The translations under genes were made by a program, and so were the position numbers. The notes beneath the pieces were generated by a model, which was given only the letters and a program-made list of their open reading frames with translations, did no database searches and had not been told where the DNA came from. Shown piece after piece: positions 46,809-55,568 of a stretch of 64,000 nucleotides of DNA (position 1 is its first letter; the number at the start of each line of letters is the position of its first letter). Location of the stretch: contig OY760935.1 of assembly GCA_963664295.1 (NCBI GenBank), positions 1 to 64,000 of the forward strand, in the 5' to 3' direction. Source of the DNA: Candidatus Altimarinota bacterium (GTDB taxonomy: Bacteria; Patescibacteriota; Gracilibacteria; CAIRYL01; GCA-016699755).

Positions 46809-47726
46809 TTAAAATTTAATACAGTTTTTATGAATTGCTGTGATATTGCATCCGCTTTCGCAAATCCCTCTTGTTTCACAATTAAGACATTGAGCTAGTT
46901 GTGGGCGAAAATTTCTTAATCGCTCTTTTTCAATTTGCATTGCATCCCACATTTTTTTTAATGTAGCACCTTGAAAATCATGAATTATATTCATCATAAA
47001 ACAGCTAACAGCCTTGCCGTCAATATTTACAGAAATAATTCCTGGATCTCCACCATCACAAACTTCACCCTCAACAAAACCTTCTTCGATTTGTTGGTCC
47101 GGGTTATCTGCTGTTTTTTGTTTTATAACATTTTTGATATCAGTAATGTCTTGATTTGAGAGAACTAAATTACGACTTGCATTGCCGGCTAATTGGGTGG
47201 GGGAGATGTCAATTTTAACATTTAAACTTGCTCCTAAGTCAATCATTTCTGCAACTTCTCCTTTATTGAGTGAGTTAATAGAGAATCTGAGTGAATACGA
47301 AACACCTTGACTATCAAGCATTTCCAAAATTGTCATAATTTTGGCGAAGCTGTTTTTTCCTCTAATTGCATCAGTAGTTTTTTCTGTTGCTCCATCTAAG
47401 CTAATATTACAATGTGCATTATGATCTTTGACAGCATTTGCTATGTTGGGATGATTTAAAAATAAAGCATTTGTGCTAATGTTGATGTTTTTAAACATTT
47501 TTTGACCTGCAAAACGAATAATATCTTCAAATTCAGGATGCATCAAAGGCTCTCCGCCTGTTATATCTAAAGTGCTAACACCTAAGTCTTTGGATTCTGC
47601 AATAATACTTTTTGCTTTTGTAGGATTAATAAAAAAAGGTCTTTTTTCTCCCATATAACAATGTTTGCAATTTAAATTACAACCTTCAGCAATAGCTAGC
47701 TTAACGCGTGAATATTTTTCATTCAT
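46809..47726 (-). CDS. Radical SAM/SPASM enzyme without RRE
   Basis: CNLNCKHC, TGGEP, STN and ISLDG motifs; CDGG...DG...SC and CLNCx5Cx3C. Confidence 0.93.
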   Translation of the reverse strand: MNEKYSRVKLAIAEGCNLNCKHCYMGEKRPFFINPTKAKSIIAESKDLGVSTLDITGGEPLMHPEFEDIIRFAGQKMFKNINISTNALFLNHPNIANAVKDHNAHCNISLDGATEKTTDAIRGKNSFAKIMTILEMLDSQGVSYSLRFSINSLNKGEVAEMIDLGASLNVKIDISPTQLAGNASRNLVLSNQDITDIKNVIKQKTADNPDQQIEEGFVEGEVCDGGDPGIISVNIDGKAVSCFMMNIIHDFQGATLKKMWDAMQIEKERLRNFRPQLAQCLNCETRGICESGCNITAIHKNCIKF

Positions 47727-47748
47727 AAGATTTTTTTAAAAAGGTGGT

Positions 47749-47816
47749 GAGTCGTAGCCCACAAGAGGAGCTACGACTCGGTTGTTTGTTGCAGACAAGC
47801 AATGTAAGCATTGCTT
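47749..47816 (-). promoter_or_regulatory. Two stem-loops between the precursor ORF and the first rSAM gene
   Basis: GAGTCGTAGC (47749-47758)/GCTACGACTC (47770-47779) 10-bp perfect stem; AAGCAATG-taag-CATTGCTT (47797-47816). Confidence 0.8.
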
Positions 47817-47822
47817 AGGTCA

Positions 47823-47888
47823 TTAGTTGCACTGCGCGGAGGCTTGCTTTTTCGACCTGGTCTGCGGAGCGGTGTATGCCTTTTTCAT
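47823..47888 (-). CDS. Putative RiPP precursor peptide MKKAYTAPQTRSKKQASAQCN (21 aa)
   Basis: Hand-translated; AAAGGAGGTGAT lies 5 nt before the ATG; TAA-TGA double stop; YxxP motif; first gene of the rSAM operon. Confidence 0.85.
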   Translation of the reverse strand: MKKAYTAPQTRSKKQASAQCN

Positions 47889-47893
47889 TATTC

Positions 47894-47905
47894 ATCACCT
47901 CCTTT
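47894..47905 (-). promoter_or_regulatory. Very strong Shine-Dalgarno sequence
   Basis: AAAGGAGGTGAT, a 12-nt complement of the canonical 16S 3' tail. Confidence 0.85.
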
Positions 47906-48044
47906 CCGGGGCATGATTTATGCTAAAAAACATAACCCATGACATAAATTATATTTCTTTTGTATGAATTTTTGATGAAATAATGATATTTACTTCACAG
48001 TTTTTTAAAAACTAGCTATTATATTTTGGAAGATAATTTAGTCA

Positions 48045-49625
48045 ATGCCAAAAAAAAGTAAATCGTCAAAAAAAGTTATTGTTTTAGGAAGTGGTCCTTA
48101 TTCAATTGGATCTTCTGTTGAGTTTGATTGGTGTAGTATTGCAGCAGCAAAAACACTACAAAAAGAAGGGCATGAAACAATAATGGTTAATTCTAACCCT
48201 GAAACTGTTTCTACTGATTTTGATACTTGTAATAAGCTTTATTTTGATGAACTTTCACTAGAAAGAGTTTTGGATATTATTGACATAGAAAAACCAAACG
48301 GAATTGTGGTTTTTTCTGGCGGGCAGATACCAAACAACCTTGCGCCAAAATTAGCAGAGCAAAAAGTAAAATTAATGGGTACTAACCCAAAAAATATAGA
48401 TAAAGCAGAAGATAGACACCAGTTTTCTTCTCTTTTGGATGAATTGGAAATAGACCAGCCTGCTTGGAAAGAGTTTACAAGTCGCGAACAGGCAATTAAA
48501 TTTGCTAAAAAATTTGGCTATCCTGTTTTAATTCGTCCTTCAAAAGTTCTTTCTGGGGCTGCTATGGCTGTTGCCAGAAACGAAGATGAGCTTTGTACAT
48601 TTTTAGCAAAAGCTGCAAAAATTGATTCTGATGCCCCAGTTGTAATTTCAAAATATGAAGTTGGAGCAAGGGAAATTGAAATGGACGCAGTTGCTCATAA
48701 AGGCAAAATGGTTATTTGGGCAATTTCTGAGCATGTAGAAAATGCTGGTGTTCATTCTGGTGATGCCACCCTGGTTTTGCCTCCGCAAAAAACCTGGCTG
48801 GAAACGATCCGTAGAATTAGAAAAATAACTAAAAAATTAGCAAAAAATTTGGATATAACAGGCCCTTTTAATATTCAATTTTTGGCAAAATCAAATGACA
48901 TTAAGGTAATTGAGTTAAATTTACGCGCTAGTCGTAGTTTTCCTTTTGTTTCTAAGGTGACAGGTCACAATTTTATTGAAATTGCCACTAAAGCCGTGCT
49001 TGGCAAAGTTGAACCAAAAGAAAAAAGAGAGCAAAAATATCAAACTCTTGATCTTGGTCATGTTGGTGTAAAAGTTCCTCAATTTTCTTTTTCTCGTCTT
49101 TCTGGTGCTGATCCTGTGCTTTCTGTTGAAATGGCTTCTACTGGTGAGGTTGCTTGTTTTGGTGAGAACTTTGAAGAGGCATTTTTAAAAGCTATGATTT
49201 CTGCTGGATTTAGAGTTCCAAATAAGAATATTTTGATTTCTATTGGAAAAACTAAAGACAAAGTTAGTTTTATTGATAGTGCTAAGCTTTTAGTTGAAAT
49301 GGGATATAGCCTATACGCTACCACAGGTACAGCTGAATTTTTGAAAGAGCAGGGAGTATCTGCAAAAATTCTCCATAGAGTGTCTTGCGGTAAAAAGCCA
49401 TCAATAGTTGATTATATTTATCAGAAAAAACTTGATTTAGTTATCAATATTCCGAAAAATTTTGCTCACGATGAAGAAACAGACGGATTTAGGCTAAGAA
49501 GAGCAAGTGTGGACTCAAATATTCCACTTGTAAATAATTTACAAGTGGCAATTGCACTTATTGGTTCATTGAAAAAATATGTTAATAAGGAATTAAAATC
49601 CCAATCTTGGGACGACTTTGTTTAA
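48045..49625 (+). CDS. carB: Carbamoyl-phosphate synthase large subunit, C-terminal half only (ATP-grasp 2 + MGS domain)
   Basis: GSGP..IGSSVEFDWC, NSNPETVSTD, AGVHSGDA, RASRSFPFVSK, EMASTGEV and YATTGT motifs; 526 aa. Confidence 0.9.
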   Translation: MPKKSKSSKKVIVLGSGPYSIGSSVEFDWCSIAAAKTLQKEGHETIMVNSNPETVSTDFDTCNKLYFDELSLERVLDIIDIEKPNGIVVFSGGQIPNNLAPKLAEQKVKLMGTNPKNIDKAEDRHQFSSLLDELEIDQPAWKEFTSREQAIKFAKKFGYPVLIRPSKVLSGAAMAVARNEDELCTFLAKAAKIDSDAPVVISKYEVGAREIEMDAVAHKGKMVIWAISEHVENAGVHSGDATLVLPPQKTWLETIRRIRKITKKLAKNLDITGPFNIQFLAKSNDIKVIELNLRASRSFPFVSKVTGHNFIEIATKAVLGKVEPKEKREQKYQTLDLGHVGVKVPQFSFSRLSGADPVLSVEMASTGEVACFGENFEEAFLKAMISAGFRVPNKNILISIGKTKDKVSFIDSAKLLVEMGYSLYATTGTAEFLKEQGVSAKILHRVSCGKKPSIVDYIYQKKLDLVINIPKNFAHDEETDGFRLRRASVDSNIPLVNNLQVAIALIGSLKKYVNKELKSQSWDDFV

Positions 49626-49628
49626 TTC

Positions 49629-49934
49629 TTATTGGTGTTTTGCTTTGTATTTCTCAATTTGAACTTTTAATTTTTTTTCGCATTCATCAATAGCATTATC
49701 TACTGTTGGTTGGCTTGTTTCTGCGCGCAATGTATCGCTTGGTGCGTATATTGTAATAGTGCAAAGAATTCTTTTTTCTTTTTCTCGTACTGAGTCATAG
49801 TCTATTTCTGCCTTAATTTTTGTTGACTCATCGTTTAGTCTGCGAGCGTAATTAAGCAATTTTTCTAGTTTTCCATGAATTCTTTGTTCCTGATCTTCAG
49901 AAATACTAATGTTTTTAGTGTGAATATTTATCAT
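49629..49934 (-). CDS. hpf: Ribosome hibernation factor HPF/RaiA (short form)
   Basis: MINIHTKNI...KLEKL...TLRAE...AID...KLKVQIEKYK; start set to ATG 49934. Confidence 0.85.
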   Translation of the reverse strand: MINIHTKNISISEDQEQRIHGKLEKLLNYARRLNDESTKIKAEIDYDSVREKEKRILCTITIYAPSDTLRAETSQPTVDNAIDECEKKLKVQIEKYKAKHQ

Positions 49935-49971
49935 TTTTGATTTATTAAAATTCGTACTTATTTTAGCAAAA

Positions 49972-52900
49972 TTATTTTTTTGTATAAACCTTAACTCGTT
50001 CAGAATAAAAGTTTTTTCCATTAAAATTTACTTTTGCAAATATTTCGCTTGTATTTATGCCTTGAATAAAGGCTGTTTTAAACATTCTTTCTGAGCTTAA
50101 GTCGTTAACGCCAAATTCCGCTAAAGCAATTTTTTTGCCACCATCTTTTTGCAAATAAATTGTGAGGCCTTCAAAGTTTTCAGCCATTTCTTTAGTAACG
50201 CCTACACTAACTTGCACCACATCACCTTCATTAACTTTTTTGCCATCTATTGGGTCAAAAATAGCAAATTTATCACTATTATTGTATTCATTGCTAATAT
50301 TAAAACTTGTTTCTGTTGTTTTTTGATTGCCAGCAGTATCAAAAACAGTGACCTTTAGTGTGTGTCTGCCTAATGAAGAGGGTGTTTTATAGCTTAGGTT
50401 ATATGGACTTGTTTTTGAGCTACCTATTTTTTTGTTGTCTAAATAAAAATCAACACGATCCACTGCACTGCGTGCGTCATAAGCATCTACAAGAAAGCTT
50501 ACTGTTGTATTTGCTGGCACGCTTTCTTCTTTTGTTGGGTATTTTATTTCAACTTCAGGAGGGGAGTCATCAGAACCAATTTTAACCTCAATTTCTGCAG
50601 AAGATGTATAGTAATATTGATCATAAACAATAACTTTTATTTTATGATTTGATCCTCTTTCTGTTCCGTTTGGAATAGTAATGGTGCCATTGTATGGGTA
50701 TGTAATAGAGCTTGTTTTTAATTCATCATTCCAGAAAAATTCTACATTTTTTACACCATTTGGAGCTTCAATAGAAGTGCGTACATCAGCAAAAGGAGGA
50801 GTGACAATGCCATAATTAATAGGTGAGTTAATAGTTATGCTTGGCTTTTGGTTTGCAAGTTCTTCTGTGTATAAAGTTGTTGTTTCTGTTGGTGCTTTTG
50901 CCATGAATTTTTCTACACCAAACTCAGCAACAAATTCGCGTCCTTTTTCGCTTAGCCATTCTTTTACTGGATTTTCCCAGCTTGCTTTGTCTGGATAATA
51001 AGCATGAAAATTTAAAATTGCTCTTTTTTCTAGTGCTTCTGCGGGTGTGTATTCATTTGGTAATTTGCCACTTATTTTTTCTACTTCAATTATTTTAAGT
51101 GCATCATCTGTATCTTTTGGTAAAGCAAAGCTAGCAAATTTTTCTTTGGTTATGAGTTTTTCATCTGTATCTGGTAATGGTAATTTGCCAGAAAATCGAG
51201 ATACAGGGATTATTTTTATTCCTGTTGGCACTTCAAATTTTTTCACTTCTACTTCTTTGTGTGCTTCTTCCATAAATTCTTTCCAAATTGGGCCAGCGAC
51301 ATCAAAACCATTTGCGTTCCAGTACATAACACTAGAATCATTATTTCCAGTCCAGACAATTGTTGTAAAATCAGGAGTGTACCCTACTGTCCAAGCATCT
51401 AGTGGCATTGGTCTATTATTTATTTTTTTGTTTGATGTGCCTGTTTTAGCGGCATTTGGTCTGCCATTTAGCTGTAGATACTGGTTCCAGCCAGGACCTC
51501 TGGCAGATGTATCAGATAAAACATCTGTCACAAGATAAGCCACTTGTGGATCCATTACTTCTTCAAATTCTGTTGGTAACTCCCTGTTGTCTAATAAAAT
51601 ATTACCTTGTCTGTCGCGTACTAATAAAATAGGGCTTAATGGTATTTTTTTTCCATTATTTGCGAGTACAGAAAAACCTTGTGCCATATCCAGAGGGCGC
51701 ACTTCACCAGCTCCAAGAGCAATTGCATTGCCAAAAAAGTCGGCGTCATTATAAAGAGTGATACCAATTTGATTTGATAATTCAACAACTTTGTCAGCAC
51801 CAACAATGAAACAAGCTTTAATTGCTGGAATATTTAAAGATCTACCTAGTGCTTCGCGCAGAGATACAGGACCATTAAATTTGCCATCATAATTTTGTGG
51901 TATCCAGCCGGCACCAAAGTTAGTTTCAACATCAAAAAGAACACTACCTGGAGCAAGTTTGCCACTTAAAAAAGCGGTCGCATAAACAATAGGCTTAAAA
52001 GAAGATCCAGGAAGTCTTTTTTGTAGTATTACATTAACTTGTCCATCATTTTCATTGTCCCAATAATCGCGAGAGCCAACCATGGTAGTAATGTAGCCGG
52101 TTTTTGTTTCTATACTAACCAAAGCTGCATTTTTTGCGCCAAAGTTTTCTTCGTTTATTTCTGCTCTTTTGCTAATAATTTCTTCTGCCTTTGTTTGTAA
52201 ATCATAGTCAATAGTTGTGATTACTTCTAATCCACCTTTTTCAATAAGTTCTTTGCCAAAGTTTTCTTCTAAAACTTCTTGAACATAAAAAACAAAATGA
52301 GGAGCACTAATATCCTGCCTAAATTCTTGAAATTCAAGTGTTTTTAAGTCTTCTGTTGCTTGTTGATACTCAGTTTCATTTATAAAATTTAATGCCTTCA
52401 TTCTTTTGAGAACCCAATCTGCACGACCAGGGAAATAATCAATAGCATCATTTGCTAAAGTGACCTCTTGTCCTCTGAGGCCTACCAGAATAGTAATTCC
52501 TGGCAGGTCATATATTTCTTGATAACTTGTATATCCTTTTTGTTCTATTTCTTCTTTTGACAAAGTGGTGTCAGTAAAAGCATGACTGCCCCAAGGCGAA
52601 TAATAGGTTGGTTTTTGCACTAATGCTGCTAATATTGCTCCTTCTGCTACGCTTAAATCTTTGGCGCTTTTGCCAAAAAAAGCTTGTGAAGCAGTTTCTA
52701 CTCCCAAAACACGCCCAAAAGAAACCTTGTTCATATAAAGCTCAAGGATTTCATTTTTTTCCATACTGCTTTCAATTCTGAATGATAGATACCATTCTTG
52801 CAGTTTTTGTATATATGTTCTTCCTTGATCAGCAAAAATGTTATCAACTAGCTGGTTTGTGAGAGTAGAGCCTCCTCTTGGTGGACAAAAACCACCCAAA

Positions 52901-53310
52901 GTGCCAAGTCCGAGGTGTGAAGAGGCCTCATAACAAACAGCTTTGGTAATACCACCATAATCAAGACCATGATGAGAAAAAAAGTCATCATCTTCTGCGG
53001 CTAGTAGGGCATTTACAAAATTTTGCGAAACTTCATCAATTGAAACAATTTTTCTATTTTCTTCTCCATAAACAGTAAATAATTTATGCTCACCTGTTTT
53101 ATCATAAATAATTGTACTTTCGGCAAAAGTAAAACTACGTATAGCATCAAGGCTAGGTGCAGTAATAATTGCATAAATAAAAGTTAATAAAACAACTCCA
53201 AAACAAAGACCAACAAAAGCAAGCAAAATTTTCCACCATTTTATTTTGCGTTTTTTTGTAGGCTCAAAATGGTCTTTTTTTAAAAGTGATTTTACTAAAA
53301 ATGGCTTCAT
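49972..53310 (-). CDS. Class A penicillin-binding protein (PBP1A) with C-terminal Ig-like domains
   Basis: EDDDFFSH, GGSTLT.QL, GSSFKP, SLN and KTG motifs; two C-terminal Big-type repeats. Confidence 0.95.
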   Translation of the reverse strand: MKPFLVKSLLKKDHFEPTKKRKIKWWKILLAFVGLCFGVVLLTFIYAIITAPSLDAIRSFTFAESTIIYDKTGEHKLFTVYGEENRKIVSIDEVSQNFVNALLAAEDDDFFSHHGLDYGGITKAVCYEASSHLGLGTLGGFCPPRGGSTLTNQLVDNIFADQGRTYIQKLQEWYLSFRIESSMEKNEILELYMNKVSFGRVLGVETASQAFFGKSAKDLSVAEGAILAALVQKPTYYSPWGSHAFTDTTLSKEEIEQKGYTSYQEIYDLPGITILVGLRGQEVTLANDAIDYFPGRADWVLKRMKALNFINETEYQQATEDLKTLEFQEFRQDISAPHFVFYVQEVLEENFGKELIEKGGLEVITTIDYDLQTKAEEIISKRAEINEENFGAKNAALVSIETKTGYITTMVGSRDYWDNENDGQVNVILQKRLPGSSFKPIVYATAFLSGKLAPGSVLFDVETNFGAGWIPQNYDGKFNGPVSLREALGRSLNIPAIKACFIVGADKVVELSNQIGITLYNDADFFGNAIALGAGEVRPLDMAQGFSVLANNGKKIPLSPILLVRDRQGNILLDNRELPTEFEEVMDPQVAYLVTDVLSDTSARGPGWNQYLQLNGRPNAAKTGTSNKKINNRPMPLDAWTVGYTPDFTTIVWTGNNDSSVMYWNANGFDVAGPIWKEFMEEAHKEVEVKKFEVPTGIKIIPVSRFSGKLPLPDTDEKLITKEKFASFALPKDTDDALKIIEVEKISGKLPNEYTPAEALEKRAILNFHAYYPDKASWENPVKEWLSEKGREFVAEFGVEKFMAKAPTETTTLYTEELANQKPSITINSPINYGIVTPPFADVRTSIEAPNGVKNVEFFWNDELKTSSITYPYNGTITIPNGTERGSNHKIKVIVYDQYYYTSSAEIEVKIGSDDSPPEVEIKYPTKEESVPANTTVSFLVDAYDARSAVDRVDFYLDNKKIGSSKTSPYNLSYKTPSSLGRHTLKVTVFDTAGNQKTTETSFNISNEYNNSDKFAIFDPIDGKKVNEGDVVQVSVGVTKEMAENFEGLTIYLQKDGGKKIALAEFGVNDLSSERMFKTAFIQGINTSEIFAKVNFNGKNFYSERVKVYTKK

Positions 53311-53330
53311 TATATTGGGTTATCTTGCAA

Positions 53331-53930
53331 TTATTTTACTTGATAATTCTTAGCTTTTGTGCTAATTTCTTCGTTTGAGTGGTTTTTTAATAATTCAACA
53401 ATATCATTTGGTAAATCATCTCTATTAAATAGTAATAAAACAGTTTCATTCATGCTTTCGTTGATAATTTTATGCATGACCTCTTTTGTTAGGTTTTCGT
53501 TTTCTGTAAGCATTTTTTGTACTGTAGAGGAAGGATCAGTGACAAAAATTTCCATCACAGACTCAGGTGTAGCAGGATTTTTTGCTACAGCATGGCGTAT
53601 TAAATCATTTTCGCTTTTTGCTAATTCTTCTAAAACCTCTGCAGGAGCTTTTGTGTTTGCAGCAAGATAATTTAAAACAATTTGACTTTCATCATTTTTT
53701 AGCATTTTTACTAGAACTTTTGCCGGAGTTTCGGGATTTTTGGCAACACTTGCTCTTACTCCCTCATTTTCATGTTCTGATAAAAATTCAAGCAAGCCAG
53801 TATCTTCAGAAGTGCGAGCAAGCTCCATTATTTCCTCATTTTTTTCAGGTAAGTTGTATTTATCTGCGCCAAAAAGTGAACATGCGCTGAGAACAACACA
53901 CAAACTTATTATTGTTATTATTTTTTTCAT
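53331..53930 (-). CDS. Lipoprotein with LRV/HEAT-like repeats
   Basis: MKKIITIISLCVVLSAC lipobox; VRASVAKNPETP and IRHAVAKNPATP repeats; start set to ATG 53930. Confidence 0.8.
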   Translation of the reverse strand: MKKIITIISLCVVLSACSLFGADKYNLPEKNEEIMELARTSEDTGLLEFLSEHENEGVRASVAKNPETPAKVLVKMLKNDESQIVLNYLAANTKAPAEVLEELAKSENDLIRHAVAKNPATPESVMEIFVTDPSSTVQKMLTENENLTKEVMHKIINESMNETVLLLFNRDDLPNDIVELLKNHSNEEISTKAKNYQVK

Positions 53931-53982
53931 TTTTTTATGAAAATAGCTTGCAAATTTTCCCATAAATTTTTTTTTATTGCAA

Positions 53983-54582
53983 TTAAAAGTCAATGCGTGC
54001 CTCAAAAGCTTTTTTTAAGGTGTTTTCATCGGTATATTCCAAATCACCACCAACAGGAAGTCCGCGAGCAGGACGAGTGACTTTAATTGGATAATTTTTT
54101 AATTTTTGTTGAATATGAATACTGGTTGCTTCGCCTTCTAGTGTAGGATTTAAAGCAATAATAATCTCGGAAAAATTATTTTTTGCAATTCTTTCTTCAA
54201 GTTCATTTATTTTTAAGTCAGAAGGACCAATTCCTTCAAGAGGGGAAATAAGTCCGCCAAGCACATGAAAAAAACCTCGATAAGCACCTGTTTTTTCAAT
54301 TGCAATTAAATCAAGTTGATCTTCTACAAGGCAAATTATATTTTTGTCCCTATTAAAATCAGAACAAATAGGGCAAGAACCGTTATCTGCAAAATAAAAA
54401 CATTCAGGACAATAGTCCACTCCTTCTTTTGCTTGTAAAATAGCTTTTCCTAGGTCTTCACGAAGAATTTCAGGTGATTTTAATAAGAAAAAAGCTAGTC
54501 TTTCTGCGCTTTTTTGTCCAACTCCTGGAAGGGTGCGTAATTTTTCAATTAGCCTTTCTATTGCCTCTGGTAAATATTTCAT
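53983..54582 (-). CDS. recR: Recombination mediator RecR
   Basis: LPGVGQKSAERLA, C4 zinc finger, HVLGG.ISP, EGEAT and GLPVGGDLEY motifs. Confidence 0.97.
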   Translation of the reverse strand: MKYLPEAIERLIEKLRTLPGVGQKSAERLAFFLLKSPEILREDLGKAILQAKEGVDYCPECFYFADNGSCPICSDFNRDKNIICLVEDQLDLIAIEKTGAYRGFFHVLGGLISPLEGIGPSDLKINELEERIAKNNFSEIIIALNPTLEGEATSIHIQQKLKNYPIKVTRPARGLPVGGDLEYTDENTLKKAFEARIDF

Positions 54583-55568
54583 AAAACTTTTTTAACTCTT
54601 TTAAATATATCCAAAAAACTTATTTTTCCCAATAAAAAATCTTCCACAGCTTCTTCATTTGCTTTGTTTAATTTTGCACAGGTTTTTTCACCCTTTTTTA
54701 ATGCCTGATAAGCAAAATCTATGCTTGGAAAACGCTTTTTATCCACTTTTTCAAAAGTAAGTTTTTTGTCAAAAAGACTTAATTTTTTGAAAGATAAAGG
54801 CAGACGAGCAGGAATAGAAAGAGCCAAAGCAATGCAAGTTCGCATATCAGGTGTACCCATTTGAGCAATAACACTGCCATCAATAAATTCAACTGCAGAA
54901 TGCACAATACTTTCCGGGTGTACAACAACTTCAATTTGTTCAGGTTTTACATCAAAAAGTCGCACAGCTTCAATAATTTCCAATGCCTTATTCATTAAAG
55001 TAGCAGAGTCTATTGAAATTTTTTGCCCCATGCTCCAATTTGGATGAGCAAGTGCGTTTTTTATTGTAGCTTTTTTAAGTTTGTCTTTACTCCAGGTGCG
55101 AAAAGGGCCTCCGGAACAAGTGAGAATTATTTTGCTCACTTCTTTTTTATTGCCAGCTTGTAAACATTGCCAAATTGCAGAGTGCTCGGAATCCACTGGT
55201 CGAATTTTGGCTTTGTGTTTTTTTGCTTCACGCATTATTTTTTTGCCAGATGCAACCAAAGTTTCTTTGTTTGCTAGGGCAATTATTTTGCCTTTATATA
55301 CTGCTTCTAATGTTGGCTTAATGCCAATTTCTCCGCAAAGTGCATTGATTACAATGTCAAAATCAGTTTTTTTTACAAATTCATCAATTTTTTCTGTGCC
55401 TAGATGAATATTGTTTGTTTTGTATTTTTTTGCCTGACTATTGAGCAATTTTTTGTTTTGTTTTGCAGTAAGGCCAACAATTTTAAAAAGCCTAGGAAAT
55501 TGATCAATAACCTCCAAGGACTGCTTTCCCACTGATCCTGTTGACCCAAGAATTAAAACTTTTTTCAT
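54579..55568 (-). CDS. dxr: 1-deoxy-D-xylulose-5-phosphate reductoisomerase
   Basis: LGSTGSVG, LANKE, PVDSEH, SGGPFR, HPNWSMG.KISIDSAT and NKALE motifs. Confidence 0.96.
   Translation of the reverse strand: MKKVLILGSTGSVGKQSLEVIDQFPRLFKIVGLTAKQNKKLLNSQAKKYKTNNIHLGTEKIDEFVKKTDFDIVINALCGEIGIKPTLEAVYKGKIIALANKETLVASGKKIMREAKKHKAKIRPVDSEHSAIWQCLQAGNKKEVSKIILTCSGGPFRTWSKDKLKKATIKNALAHPNWSMGQKISIDSATLMNKALEIIEAVRLFDVKPEQIEVVVHPESIVHSAVEFIDGSVIAQMGTPDMRTCIALALSIPARLPLSFKKLSLFDKKLTFEKVDKKRFPSIDFAYQALKKGEKTCAKLNKANEEAVEDFLLGKISFLDIFKRVKKVL

Noticed and set aside
45123-47888. Lasso peptide, PQQ or mycofactocin cluster
   Set aside because: YxxP and the RRE fit, but there is no lasso cyclase or B2 peptidase, no ExxxY or pqqB/C, and no IDGxCGVY motif.
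47815-47895. Alternative-frame peptide MNNEKGIHRSADQVEKASLRAVQLMT from ATG 47895
   Set aside because: Its ATG overlaps the SD itself (no spacing) and it lacks a leader motif or Cys; the ATG 47888 frame fits better.
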